Shown here: piece by piece, positions 23,119 through 37,184 of the stretch
How the letters are laid out: every line of letters starts with the position of its first letter
Position numbering within the stretch: the first letter of the stretch is position 1
Origin: Chara braunii
Lineage: Eukaryota; Plantae; Charophyceae
Assembly (NCBI GenBank): GCA_003427395.1
Contig: BFEA01000022.1
Location: 4,858,005-4,922,004, forward strand
DNA: 64,000 nt
Direction of reading: 5' to 3'
Program-made: the position numbers and the translations under genes
Notes under the pieces: model-generated
Databases searched by the model: none
What the model was told of the DNA's origin: nothing
What the model saw: only the letters and a program-made list of their open reading frames with translations

Positions 23119-26100
23119 CTAAGCAATTGACGAAGGAATGACACTTCAGATTTTATTAATTCTAACGACAAAATTAAAACTGAGAAAAGGAATTAAAAAC
23201 AATAGGAGGAAGAAACAAATAAAAAATTGTTAATTAATTAATTTTCTTCATAATTCACTTTTGGCGAAATTGTCCTAATTTTTTGTCAATTTTAATAACA
23301 GCATTAAGAATGAGAAAAAGGAAATAAATAATAAAAGAAACAAAAACAGATTATTATTTATCGTTCAATTAATTTTTTACGGGATTCATTTTTTATGGAA
23401 TTTTGCTGGAAATTACTTATTTCTCTATTGCCCGTCGATCCGTACGAGTCCTTCGATTTTCCGATCCACCTGATTTATAGCACGAGTTATCTTGAGTGAC
23501 AGGGGCCAATTTTGGGTCGCGGCGGCATGGGCTGCTACAAGTTACGTGGCCTTATGACCTTGGTCCGGGGGCAGGTCTGGAACGGGCATGACACTTTGGT
23601 ACGGAACAGGTACAGTATAGATTTTGCGGGTGCTGGCATGGCACATTTATGGCACGACATGGGATTCTGTTCTCTGGTCACGGCGATATGGTAGGTACGG
23701 TGCGGCAACGGGTTCATCTGCGACATGGTACTATACTCCGTATTGGACGGGCTCGGTTTACTGGTTTGGGGCTGGGCCGGATTTCTGCAAAGCGATACTT
23801 TTGTGTCTGGCATGGTACACTGGTTCGGGACATGTACAAGAACTGGCATGGTATTGGCGGCACGGTACCGTATTCCACGCTGGTGTGGTACGGTTGCTAG
23901 TCTGGGACAGGAATGGTAGACTCATTCGGAGCAGGATCGACATTGGTGTTTTCACTGCACTGATACTGACACGACACTGGGCCAAGGTATTGCGGCCTGT
24001 TCCTGTTCTTTTCAGGTTCGGTAACTGGTGCAGGTCGGGAACAGCCCATGAACTGTCTCATTAATCAGGCTTGGCCATTGGTTCGGCATCAAGTCTGAGG
24101 GTGGTGTGGTCACTACTTGGAGATGGGGCAGCTTACTGCAGCTTGGTATGGTCAATATTCAGAATGTCAAGGCCTCGATGCTCCTGGTTCGCTGTTGCCT
24201 AACGCTATGTGCCTACTTCAGTAATTGCGGATACAGTCCGGTACTTGGGGCGACCTGCTGGTACCGCTTGACTTTCATGGACTGCATTGGTACCNTCACT
24301 ATTCCGGGTCTGAGAACCTGGATTTTCAGGTACCATCGGTCTGCTGAGGCCACGGCGAGGGCGGCAGTCCGCATATAGCCGAGACCAGTTGACAAGGGGA
24401 TTCATTCGGGGAGAGGACCAGACCANNNNNNNNNNNNNNNNNNNNNNNNNNNNNNNNNNNNNNNNNNNNNNNNNNNNNNNNNNNNNNNNNNNNNNNNNNN
24501 NNNNNNNNNNNNNNNNNNNNNNNNNNNNNNNNNNNNNNNNNNNNNNNNNNNNNNNNNNNNNNNNNNNNNNNNNNNNNNNNNNNNNNNNNNNNNNNNNNNN
24601 NNNNNNNNNNNNNNNNNNNNNNNNNNNNNNNNNNNNNNNNNNNNNNNNNNNNNNNNNNNNNNNNNNNNNNNNNNNNNNNNNNNNNNNNNNNNNNNNNNNN
24701 NNNNNNNNNNTTGCTAGCCATGTTCGCGAAAGGGGCGTGCACAGCAGATCAGACCACAAGGTGTGTTCTGCCAGTGATCTGAGTGCTAAAGTGAAGAGTC
24801 TCGGATGTTGCGGGGGGAGACACTTTCGAGAGGCGGTCTGAGAGCACTGTCAACAGGGGACTTTCAGGTCGGATGTCTGGTGGAGAATTGGATAACCCGT
24901 GGATGAGAGCATAAACGGTTGCCTTCAGCCATTGGCGTGAGTTCCCATCCCGCCGGTGGAATCAGCTGTACCAGCGGTGAAAACTTCAGCAACCTTCAGT
25001 TAACGAGGGGATCGGTCATCCCGCAAATGAAGTCAAGACTCAAAAGTCATTTCTTGCAACACGTCGTGAACCGCTGTTCCAGCAGTCATGAGTGCAGCTA
25101 CTTTCAGTTGGTGAAGGGATCTGCTGACCAGCGATCCAAAACTACAGTCACACTCAGTGGCTGGTGGATCTTGCTAATCCGCTGGCAATGAGACCAGCCA
25201 TTCATCTACGACCAGGTATTAAGGAAAGATATGTATATACGCATACACAAATAAATAAATCAATAAATAAATAGTCGGGAGTATGGTTTGCGTGAGTCGC
25301 TGAGCGAAGAGGGCCATTGCCCAGCGGGGGAGAGATGGAAGACAGAGGGGGCAGGGCGCGTGGAGTGAGAGACTGAGAGTTCAAGGACAAGAGAGAAAGG
25401 AAGAGAGAGCGTTAATGAGTGAGTGAGTGGGTGCCGCGAAAGAGTGAGTGGGTTAACGAAGAGAATGTGAAAGAGTCAGTGAGGGTGACTGAGGGATAGA
25501 TGGGCGCGAGCACATGGCTTTTTTTTTCTCAGATGATACGAGTGCACTTGGACTCATACGTGGGCAGGTTAATTCGGGGCTGAGCAAGCGAGGCTGCGAT
25601 GACTTGATGGGCTGTCGAAGGGAGAGGGGATGACAGAGAGGGAATCACTGAGTGAGTGTGTATGTGGGTGTGAGACTGTGTGTGTGTGTAAGAGCGTGCG
25701 AGGGAGTGAGGGACAACGAGAAGAGGAAGAGAGAGGAGAGAGGAAGAAGAGAGTGCTCATACTTGTGCTACCCCCCCCCTCCTTCCTCTACAGAGTAGCA
25801 TGGAATATTGAAAGGCAATGCCCGACCCTCTTTGAGAATAACATTATATGTGACAGTAACCACAGGCAGATTCACTGCAGGGAGAACTCGAGTACTGCGC
25901 GCATAGGGAAAAAGGAAATGGAGGGAAAACCGACCCTCGCCGCTTGAATCCATGGAAAGCTGCTCGCAGAAGTGATCTTTTTTTTTTGGGAAAAGCTCTT
26001 CGGAGCGCCCGTCTGCTGGCATCTGCCATGAGTTGTCATCAGCCTGAACCGGTCATTTTCGGGGCATGTATCTGCTGAATCGGTCTTTGCTGGGAAAGCT

Positions 26101-26141
26101 CTTCAGAGCGTGCGTCCGCTGCCTATCTGTCTAGGCCCTAT

Positions 26142-27724
26142 TGTTAATACAAGCAACTCAAAGATTTATCTTTATTCTCTGTTCAAGGGTAGATATGTTT
26201 ACCTGACAGAACTCGCGAGCAAGCCAAATACAGAGGAGAAATGAGAGTGTTTNTAAGCNAGAGAGAAGGGAGAGAAAGGAAGAGAGGGAAGCCCTAAGTG
26301 AAGGCTACGNCCCTCGCTGTTTGACAAGAATGTTTTCGAAGTGAAGGTGAAATGGTTTTCCCGGTATCTGCAATCGGCACACTCTAATGCTTAGAGAGTT
26401 GGATCCTCTGGCTCTCGGCTCTGCATACCCTTAGGCAGATTACGGAGGCATCTTTATCTCTGCCCTGATTTCAACCCTGTAGGTAAAATGTATTAACATT
26501 AATTTTCATCAAAACCCTTTTGGGATTCACTGATAGAGAAGGAAAGCTCACTCGTCGGTTTAGGTAGAAATGTGACAGGCAGCGCTAATCCTTACACCCC
26601 TGCTGGTCGCTGAGGNCCTCAGAGGCGGGCGCAGCGAGTGACAGGCGCTGTTGCCCCTGGCTTCAGCGAACAGCAGGCGACCTCTCCCCGGGTTTCCTCA
26701 CACCGGGTCCAACGGTCATGCTCACACTCAGTCCTTCCACGACAACCGACGGGTGGTTACCCGTGTACCCGCAACGAGGAGCCACCCTGAGACTGCAGCC
26801 TCACAGACCAGCTTGGAATATTCCCCAATCTCCCTTCCTCTTTAGGCTATCGACACTCCAAGCGGGAAGCGAAAGAAGCCACGACCACGGACCCCACGCA
26901 CATTGGTCTCCCCAGTCCGAACTTCAAGACGGACGGGGCAGAGGAATCTTGCCAACACTTCCAAATACGCGGAATCCAGACGGGCCCGTTAAAAGAGGCG
27001 CATACTCAAGATCCTCGATCGTCACGACGACCTCTAAATCCAGCGTCGCGCCTGAATCAAGGAGCACCGAAGCAAATTAATAATAATACGAAAATAAATG
27101 ATAAAAACATTTAGAAGCTTTTAATCGTTGGAAGACGATGAACGAGAAAAAGAGGAACCGCTAGCACCGTCCCAAACACAGATGACGGCAAAACCAACGG
27201 GGATAGCCCCATCGGGCCCTCCTCGCTATTTTGATATCATGCGTCGTCACCGCTCGATCTCGATCCCTGAATCTTTCTGGTGAAAGTCCGACGTTGTAAC
27301 CAATAAATCTAGGTCCCAAGCTAAGCCTAGCACTAGTGGACCCCTATATAAACTAATATTGCGCAACGCGCGGATCTACCGAAACATTTTCAAAATCACA
27401 TGGTTATCGACATCGTCCTCCGCACGTACGCACACGTCACAAGTAAGCGCATCAATCACAAGACAATCTTTGAAATCCTGGTTCAATCAGAAGTAAAAAA
27501 ATTCGGCCGGCGATCACGCCGGTTCTTCAATTATCAACAAATAAAGTCACGCGCGCCTCAAGCCTGCGTGCCCACACACTCTCAGCTATAGTCAACCGTC
27601 CAGTCAACGTAAACCACAGACACGGTCGCGCCTCACGCGGTATACCTAAAGTTTAAACCAAACTTATTACCTGTTGCTTGCAAAAACCAGGGCGGATACC
27701 CTTGTAAGGGTATTCGCACCGACA
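26142..27724 (-). mobile_element. Possible solo-LTR-like remnant
   Basis: TGT...ACA termini and LTR-like composition; TSD not found. Confidence 0.25.
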
Positions 27725-28030
27725 GCGCATCCATCACCAAAATCGAAACCAATATCTCTGGCCTATCCGACTGTGTGACCTCTATCGAGCATCAAACCCC
27801 GGCAATCACAGTGGTCACGACCACGGCACCCCCCTCTACGACCGTGCCCACATCCACTGCCCTCTCCGCTAGCACGTCCTCCACACCCCCTCCTTCATCC
27901 ACCACTACCTCCACCATAGTCACCCAGCGGAAAACCCCCGCCGTCACACAGTCGTCAACCATCCTCCCCCAATCAAAACCCCTCTTGACTTCATTCGTTG
28001 TACCCAGACCATTCCACAAGCTATGTACCC

Positions 28031-28103
<73 letters not shown>

Positions 28104-31032
28104 NNNNNNNNNNNNNNNNNNNNNNNNNNNNNNNNNNNNNNNNNNNNNNNNNNNNNNNNNNNNNNNNNNNNNNNNNNNNNNNNNNNNNNNNNNNNNNNNN
28201 NNNNNNNNNNNNNNNNNNNNNNNNNNNNNNNNNNNNNNNNNNNNNNNNNNNNNNNNNNNNNNNNNNNNNNNNNNNNNNNNNNNNNNNNNNNNNNNNNNNN
28301 NNNNNNNNNNNNNNNNNNNNNNNNNCTCTGCTCTGCCTCGGTCTCGGCGCACAACACGGCTGCACAACGCCAATAACGATTGCAAGGAACGACATGGCAC
28401 ACAGGACATGCAGCACAGCAACCATGTAGTGAAGCACAAGGCAACACAAGCAGGGCAACCACACTGCAAGGGACGACAGGGCGAGCATACCAGCAGCTCG
28501 GCAACCGTGGAGCGGGGCACAAGGCACCAGCAACAAGGCAACCAACCTACAGGGCACACAAGCAGCAAACACGGAAGGCACGACCAGCTGATGAGCAGCA
28601 CAGCAACGAAGCAGCGAAGTGCACGGCAACACCAACAACACAGCCACACCACGCAGCGAACACAGCAATTCGCAGAGAGCCACACGCGGAGCAAGCGGGA
28701 CAGGCAGCAGGGCAGCGGCGGAGCGTAGACGAGGAGGTCCACACATCCATCACGGAGCAAAGCAGCACATGACCTACTCACATCACGATTAAACCCCGCA
28801 TACTGTTGGTTCCCACCACCCACTGAGCTAGGGAGTCACTTCGACAAACATCCGTCATCACCTACAGGCAACACAGACATCCCGAACCAAGCGGCCCCAA
28901 TAAGAGTGCAGTAGGCACTCCAAACAAGGAACCACCAACTGTTTGGCACTACGTAAGGGTGCTCAGTTGGCTAAGCAAAAATACTTAGAAAAACATTAGA
29001 GGAAGGACAGACAACAAGTGGAAAACAGACAAACATAAAACTCATTGTGTGTGTGGGGGGGGGGGGGGGGTTGTGTAAAGAACACAGCCATCCCAAAAGA
29101 TTGGGACAATAGGTAGCCATCATGCCCATGATATTAGTCCGATACATGGTTCTCTCAACAAGGGGAAGTTTTTTAAGAGAGAGGGGGGGAGCATTATAGA
29201 TTAGTATTAGCAGGTTAGCAATGGTTAGGAGAGGGTCGAAGGACCCAACCATAGGGGGGGTGCACGCCCTTAAGCGCGCTTTTCGCCGCCTAGCACCCAT
29301 AGCAGCTCATCAAAGGGGTTAGCTTAGTAACAACCGCTCCAGTTAGATTGGGGAGGGGGGAAGGAAGAGGAGGGGGATGGTGGGGACCGAGTTAGCTAGT
29401 CTTACCTGCGTCGTCATTGCCGGTGTCGCCGGGTTGTCAGCAGCCGCCATGGCAGGAATTGCAGCCTTCGCAGCGAAGTATCAGTAGCTCACGGTGTACG
29501 TACAGCGTGTGATGCACTGTAATGTGTCCGACCGAGCCCAGGTACCCTCTGTCTTCTCAACCGATCAGTTGTGTTTTGGCGAGAGATACTGGGGGGACTG
29601 GTGTTACGTGGTGAAGGGAGATGAAGTGTGTGCGTTGTTGTTGTAGTGAAGCCGCGCGAGCATTCAAGCAATTGCGTACGTAGCAGTGTTCCACAGTGCA
29701 TGCTGCAACATGAAGGGGGATCTGGTTGTGCGGGCAGTGTTTGTATAGGGGATTGAGCCGTGGTATGGGCTATGCATATCCTGGCTATGATGGGGGTGTG
29801 CGAGCAATAGTTCCAATTCCGTATGCAGAAGGGTGCGAAGCAGGGGAAGGAGTGCTTTTCGGAAGGATGTCTACGACAGTAATCAGGGGAAGCATGCATT
29901 TTCAGAGGCATAGCTGTAGCAGTAGCCATGTAGGTGCAATATGGTAAGTGGGTCTGTAGCTGCGTTTACTATTCTTCAGTAGTGTGCGCTGTAGGGGGTG
30001 ACTTGCACAAAGCGGGCTCTGGTCCTTGCCTCGTGCGGCGCGAACATTAGTATAGGACAGGGCAGCACCATCTTTTTGCCCTGTCTTGCTGCGCGTGGTC
30101 AAGTGCAGCTGTGTGTGTCTTTTTTCGTCGTGGCGGGAAGTACTGGCTATGGAGGCGCTGGGTGTCGTCGTATCTCGTTTTTATCCTGTAGGCGTGAGTA
30201 TTTGTTTTTTGCATATCGTTTGCATCGTTTCGTTGTGGTGCTTTTCGTTATTGTCGTATCCGTAGAGGTCATTAGAACGTTTCCGCGAACACGTATGGTC
30301 TTTGTATTTTGATGTGAGCGATATGGTATTTACGTTATGCGTGTGCATTTCTGGTATCGTAGATGGGCGAGTATACCCGTAACAGGAGTGCGGAATGCAG
30401 TTGGTGTGGTGATAATGGGTGCCTGTGTTGTTTTGATTTGCCGATAGGTGCATTGGGTTTCAGGTGGAGGTATGCATTATGGTTCGTAGAGGGTTTCGAG
30501 ATGGGGAATGGATTACCGCTATGTGCAATTATTACTTGACTCGTAGAAGCGCGAGTGCACCCGTAACCGAAGAGCAAAACGCGATTGGTGTGCTGGTAAA
30601 GGGTGCTTTTGCATTTTCGAATCGTCGAAAGGTGCAGCAGGCATCTGGTGGGGGTCTATAAAATGATAAGCAGAGGCAGTTGGATTATTTTCATTAAACG
30701 GAGTGATTTTAATTGTAGCTGTCTGTGGGTATCTGGGGGAAGTGCGGCTCATTGAGTTTTAGGTTTTCCACGTATTTATGCCTTGTTTCATGGATCAACT
30801 AGATTTAATATATTTAATCACAAGGCTATAGATTAATTTTTCTAGTTTTAATTTTCTATTTTTTTATCTTTTGCTTTTAGCATTGCTATTTTTTCCATTT
30901 CTATTTTATTATTATTATTATTATTACTTCTATGAACTCCCTTTTTCTTAATTTTTATTCCTTCTATTCTTTTCATAATTTTTCAAAAAAACTTTCTTCT
31001 TTTATATTTTTATTATCAGTATATATGTGTGC

Positions 31033-31115
<83 letters not shown>

Positions 31116-33775
31116 NNNNNNNNNNNNNNNNNNNNNNNNNNNNNNNNNNNNNNNNNNNNNNNNNNNNNNNNNNNNNNNNNNNNNNNNNNNNNNNNNNNNN
31201 NNNNNNNNNNNNNNNNNNNNNNNNNNNNNNNNNNNNNNNNNNNNNNNNNNNNNNNNNNNNNNNNNNNNNNNNNNNNNNNNNNNNNNNNNNNNNNNNNNNN
31301 NNNNNNNNNNNNNNNNNNNNNNNNNNNNNNNNNNNNNNNNNNNNNNNNNNNNNNNNNNNNNNNNNNNNNNNNNNNNNNNNNNNNNNNNNNNNNNNNNNNN
31401 NNNNNNNNNNNNNNNNNNNNNNNNNNNNNNNNNNNNNNNNNNNNNNNNNNNNNNNNNNNNNNNNNNNNNNNNNNNNNNNNNNNNNNNNNNNNNNNNNNNN
31501 NNNNNNNNNNNNNNNNNNNNNNNNNNNNNNNNNNNNNNNNNNNNNNNNNNNNNNNNNNNNNNNNNNNNNNNNNNNNNNNNNNNNNNNNNNNNNNNNNNNN
31601 NNNNNNNNNNNNNNNNNNNNNNNNNNNNNNNNNNNNNNNNNNNNNNNNNNNNNNNNNNNNNNNNNNNNNNNNNNNNNNNNNNNNNNNNNNNNNNNNNNNN
31701 NNNNNNNNNNNNNNNNNNNNNNNNNNNNNNNNNNNNNNNNNNNNNNNNNNNNNNNNNNNNNNNNNNNNNNNNNNNNNNNNNNNNNNNNNNNNNNNNNNNN
31801 NNNNNNNNNNNNNNNNNNNNNNNNNNNNNNNNNNNNNNNNNNNNNNNNNNNNNNNNNNNNNNNNNNNNNNNNNNNNNNNNNNNNNNNNNNNNNNNNNNNN
31901 NNNNNNNNNNNNNNNNNNNNNNNNNNNNNNNNNNNNNNNNNNNGCCCAAGAGGCCAGTAGGCCGCTACATCTTCTGGAGTGGCAAGCAGCTCCTCCTCAT
32001 TTTGCGGTATGCAAGGATTGGCGACATGCTGCTGGAGACAAGCGCTAGACTTGTGCAGCGCTGCCGGAGGAGAAGAGCAGTTGGCGCTCAACCTGGCTAT
32101 GGCGAGCAGCCCAGCTTGAGGAGGAAGAAGGGGGCGAAGGAGGAGAGTGGCAAGGTACCTAACTGCCTATGGTGGACACCATCTTCATCACCTTGTTGGG
32201 CGCTGCATCTGGAAGGCACCAGTTGGGGTAGTGCCACACCAAGGAAGCTCGAGGCAGAGTCAGGCATGGCGGCTTAGTGAAGCAGCGGCATAGCTGCTTT
32301 GGGTTGTCCTTTGGACAGGAATGCAGCAACATAGCTGCTTTGCGTTGTCCTTTGCACAGGAGGGCACAACCCTCAGTAGTTCGTGATAGCCTAGGCATGT
32401 GAGAGGAGGAAAAAGGGGGGGAAGCCATAGCTATGGTGGACCTATTGTTGTGTCAACAGTAAGAGGGAACTTCGGACATTGACTCTGGTTCATCCACTCA
32501 TTGTTATTATTATTATTGGAAGAAGAATAAGATTGGTGAAGTGAAGGAGGAGGAGGAAGGTGGAGAGAGAAGGGGGATTTGTCATTGGTCTTGTTGGTGT
32601 ACATCTTCTTCTTCTTCTTCTTTCTCTCTTCTTTGGTCTCTATCTCTTTGCAAGTGCTTTCATTTCTTTCGCAATTGGGTGGCATTGTCTTTCATTGTGA
32701 ATTTGCACTTTGGGAATGACCAGGATCATAAGAATTTATTTTATTATATTTTATTTTATTTTTCACACACCAAAAACCACCCCCCGGAAAATTCTTTTTT
32801 TCAACTTTTTCTTGTTCAAGGGGGTAGGGTTGGGGTTTCGGAACCCCAATCCGCAACCCCCACCCCCAACCCCCTCTCCCCTCGACGGCGGTGGGCCACG
32901 ACAGACCGTGGCCGCGGGGAATTCATAGCCTCTGCCAGCTCCCTTTCCGACTGTACTCAATTCGGCTCTACCTTCGGAAATTATACTCAATGGTCGTTGA
33001 ACACTTCCGCGAAGTGTTGCTCGACACTTGTAGAAATTGTAGCTGCTTTGTAGGGCAGATCATCTACCAGATCACTTCCAACCGCGCTCATATCGACTCT
33101 GCTTCTGGAAAACACCTGCGGAAACTATCCACAACAATTGTCGGGCACTTCCACAAAGCGCAGCTCACAGTGGGTTCACTTCATCCGTACTTCTCTCGTC
33201 CCTGAGAATCATGAAGGACCGTACTCCCATCAAGTGTCGACAATAGCAGCTGCTACTTGGACGGCCAGAACCACTACCAGGTCCCTCCGACTGCGCTCAA
33301 AATCACTCTCCGCCGTAGGCGTGCCNNNNNNNNNNNNNNNNNNNNNNNNNNNNNNNNNNNNNNNNNNNNNNNNNNNNNNNNNNNNNNNNNNNNNNNNNNN
33401 NNNNNNNNNNNNNNNNNNNNNNNNNNNNNNNNNNNNNNNNNNNNNNNNNNNNATATATATATTGTCACAGAACTATTGACTAAGAGCATGAGCATGTGAA
33501 GTAGAAGAAGAAACAAGATGAGCAAAGAAAAGAAAAATGAAAGGAATATATATATATATATCTCACTCACTCTCTCTCTCTCTCTTCGCTCGTAGCTTCC
33601 ACCCTTCTTTCCCACTCACAAGTCTGAAGTAGGCGTAACCACCAAGACGAGTACGACCGCTCGTATGGTAGTTGCGCATTCAAGAATTGAAACAGCGAGG
33701 CCAATCGCTATGCGTCCATGTCTCGATGATGAGCAGTAAAGCGCCTGCACGGACAATCAGCTCAACGAGCACATT

Positions 33776-33820
33776 CCCCGACGCGTTTCGCCTGGTTGCG
33801 CACCAGGACTTATCAAGGGG
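33776..33820 (-). ncRNA. Minimal type I hammerhead ribozyme (PLE-type), U3-A8 core variant
   Basis: Minus strand reads CCCC UUGAUAA G(U)CCUGGU-gcgca-ACCAGGC GAA ACGCGU C^GGGG: stem I CCCC/GGGG, stem II hairpin, palindromic stem III and a GUC cleavage triplet. Confidence 0.8.
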
Positions 33821-34059
33821 CAACCACACTCCCACATCCACCGTAGGCTGAGCACTTCGTGCCTTCTACGGCCTTAGTGAGCAATATAGCAAAATCATTT
33901 GCTGACGTAGCTATCCACCCAGAGCAAAGAGGGTTGTTGTGACCTTGCCCTCTAAACATATGGTCGGTACAGCCTCCACGTCCGCACTCTGGCAGCTCGA
34001 GTACAGCAACTGGGTAGGCGGGTGTCGACTGTGCTCCGTTTCTCAATGAAGTGGCATTC

Positions 34060-34140
<81 letters not shown>

Positions 34141-34148
<8 letters not shown>

Positions 34149-35349
34149 GTCTATCCGTCATTTCAAGGGTGTCGGCTCCGTGAACACGAAAATATTGACG
34201 ATCATCGACACTTTCCACAAAATGGTAACAAACACGTATGACATGAACGACTTGTTCGTCGTATTGAAATTATATTGCACAGACCTTAAATTGTTGGAAT
34301 ACCCGTGGAAGACAACATGCTCGACAATTTTGGCCTTCATCAGGAACTGTACAGACAACACAATGCGAAATATCCTCTTAGAATTTATGGAAAAGGAAAA
34401 CATAACGAATTGGTAAAATTAAATAAAAAGTAACACACACAAACAATATCGGAATGTCCGTGGAAAGGTAAAATAGTAAGCTCCCCTTTCTACCAAACGA
34501 AATACAACGGATATACAGCCGAGTACCCGTATATGAAACACAAATACGGCGATCTGGGCCTCTCGTTAGAATATCGAAGGAATAGTACGAAAACATGTCG
34601 AAATATAAAACCTTGTCGGATTCCGGATGGAAAAACCGACTAGGAATTTCTTAAAGTTTCGAATATAAGATCATGCGGAAATAAATACCGAACAGTCAAC
34701 AAGAAATTCAAAACGAAGCTCTCCAAAAAACGTACCGACCAAGAAGAGTGCAATCGATCTTCAAACTCAGGATCTGAACTGATACAACACTTAGATATTA
34801 ACGACTGCATTGCAAGCAAGGACAAAAAAGCAAAAGTCCAAATTCTAAAATACCAAATTAAAAAATAATAAAATTCACAAACGAGGACAGATGATGAAAA
34901 TGAAGGATACTTGAAAGCGTTACCAGGTTACTTCATTGGATATGAAGACGCAAAGTTTTTTCGAAAATGAAATTTTCGGCATATTGTGACCAAAAGACCA
35001 TTGGGATAACCGATATCAGCAGCAACGACAAAGAGACCTCAAGGGACGTAAAGGCACAAAGTTTTTCGGAGAAAGAATGATTTCGACATATCGCGACGAG
35101 AAGAACATCTGGACGGTGGTAATTATGCAACGCGACGATGACACGATGATGAGAGGAGACTGCAGGGACTAGGGTTCAGTCGGACGGGGAAGTATTTAGA
35201 CCAAAGGGTATATATATTGACGATAATGGTTTAAAGGATTACCTAAGCAGAGAGGTGGAAGGGTAATCGCGACTGTTTTGGTCGCATGCCATGTACAGGA
35301 CATGTATTCTGTGAAAGTAAAGCCTCGCTCGTGTTGTCCAATATTGCAA
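34141..35349 (+). repeat. 5' pseudo-LTR (copy of 39614-40824, including the RT C-terminus and 3' UTR)
   Basis: Collinear diverged direct repeat, e.g. GTGTCGGCTCCGTGAACACGAAA...GTCCAAT.TTGCAA. Confidence 0.92.
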
Positions 35350-35743
35350 GTTTGTATCTCAAGGCACGGTGCTTTGAACTTGCGGGAACCACCTTTGAAG
35401 ATCGACACCGACTTCAGGTTGGTATACAACTCTGGTTATATTTTTTTTAATCTTCTTGTATGTCATCCTCGTACTAACAGGTGGCTTAGTGGTTGCAGTT
35501 GGAGTGAATACATGGAGTTGATTTGAATGGCTATCTGTTTGGGTATTGACAGGATCATATTTTCACGATCGGAGATTCGTCTCCCATTATCATATAATCT
35601 TCTTGTGCGTTTATATTTCGACGAAAATGTGACATGTTCTTTATTTTACCATATTGAATGGTGATTATCCGGACACGGGATCGTAGATGCAGATCAAGAT
35701 CGACATCAGTTAGGAGGAAAAGAGCAGAATCGGACTCGCCAAG

Positions 35744-36312
35744 AAGATTCGTTCGACAGTAGTGGGAGTTGAGGCGAAACGATTTTCCACCACTTGAGAA
35801 CAGAGCGTGGTTTACAGCTGACCTCAAGGAGGAGATATTTGCATTACGACGGGGAGTGGAGAAGATGAAGAAGGCCATCGAGCACCTGACAACAAAGTTA
35901 GCAGATTGTAAGAAGTACTCACAAGTAGATAAGGGGGACAAGAATGAGAACACGGATGAGAAGAAATCAGGATCAACGGAGGAGAAGACAACGAAACCAC
36001 TGACAGCAGCGGATCTCAAGATAATGAAAGATTCGTTCGATAGCAGTGGGAGCAGAGGCAAAACGATTTTCCACCACCTGGGAACAGAGCGTGGTTTACA
36101 GTTGACCTCAAGGAGGAGATATTTGCACTACGACGGGAAGTGGAGAAGATGAAGAAGGCCATCGAGCACTTGACAACAAAGTTAGCAGATAGCAACAAGT
36201 ACTCACAAGCAGATAAAGGGGGACAAGAACGAGAACACGGATGAGAAGAAATCAGGATCAGCGGAGGGGAAGACAACGAAACCACAGACAGCAGCGGATC
36301 TCAAGATAATGA
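35744..36312 (+). repeat. Tandem duplication (2 x ~284 bp) in the coiled-coil-like upstream coding region of the PLE
   Basis: AAGATTCGTTCGA...GGATCTCAAGATAATGA occurs twice and encodes DLKEEIFALRR.VEKMKKAIEHLTTKLAD. Confidence 0.9.
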
Positions 36313-37184
36313 TCGATAGGGCTTTGGAGACAGCACTACCAAGAAGATAAGGTGGAGAAACAAGTAAGGCTGGAAATGCACAGATAGGAACCGGTGGAGC
36401 AGACAAAGCTAGCGCAGCAGAAGGAAAGGTCGAGAAGATGGTGTCGAAAGTACGAAGAGATGTCAATGAAACCAAGCTGATGAAATACGATCTTCCCGCT
36501 GTCAAAGGTGCCTTAAAGAAGATAAATGAACCATATAGAACCTACACACCGCATGTATCATCCACAGTTAATCCAACCACTTTCAAGGTTCTATGATGAC
36601 TGGTGCACCAGCAACAGTGCATGTCGGCAGGAGTGCACCAAGTCGACCACTGGTACCACATCCGAAGCGCGGGAGGACGAAGATCAGATAACCGAGCAGA
36701 GCAGCAAAGGTGAAGAGGAACATCAGCTTTGGATTCGAACCATTGACAGATACGCAACTTTTGAGGCTTCACTACACTGATCTACAAAAGTTGTGCAAAA
36801 CTCACACATCAAGTACAAAGACAGACCGCATGCCATGGCTGCCCTATTCAAAGTGTCGGGACTCGTAACATACGAAGGGAGGGACTTCATTCATGATTCC
36901 GACTTCGAAACACGGATCTACCCGGAGGACATCAAACAAGATGCCTCAAGCTATGAAGACAGCGAAGAAGAAGACTCAGACTCCAGCGGCAAGGGTGACG
37001 ACTTATCACCTACATCATCCAGTGGCCATGACATCTCGGGAAGGTAGAACGGCCAGAGCCAACGTGGGGTCTCACGAATGAGCAGAAATGGATGCATACA
37101 CATCGTATAGCATCAAGTGTAGAATTACTTGTAAATACAGGGCAAATGAAAACTGCTTCGATAGTAATAGACTATATAGATTGC

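Noticed and set aside
23500-24100. hAT-like terminus with GGCATGG/GGTACGG subterminal motifs
   Set aside because: No partner TIR or TSD identifiable, and a gap follows.
27775-32277. Long ORFs spanning N gaps and microsatellites (also 57689-58423 and 60271-61557)
   Set aside because: Artefacts of gaps and simple repeats.
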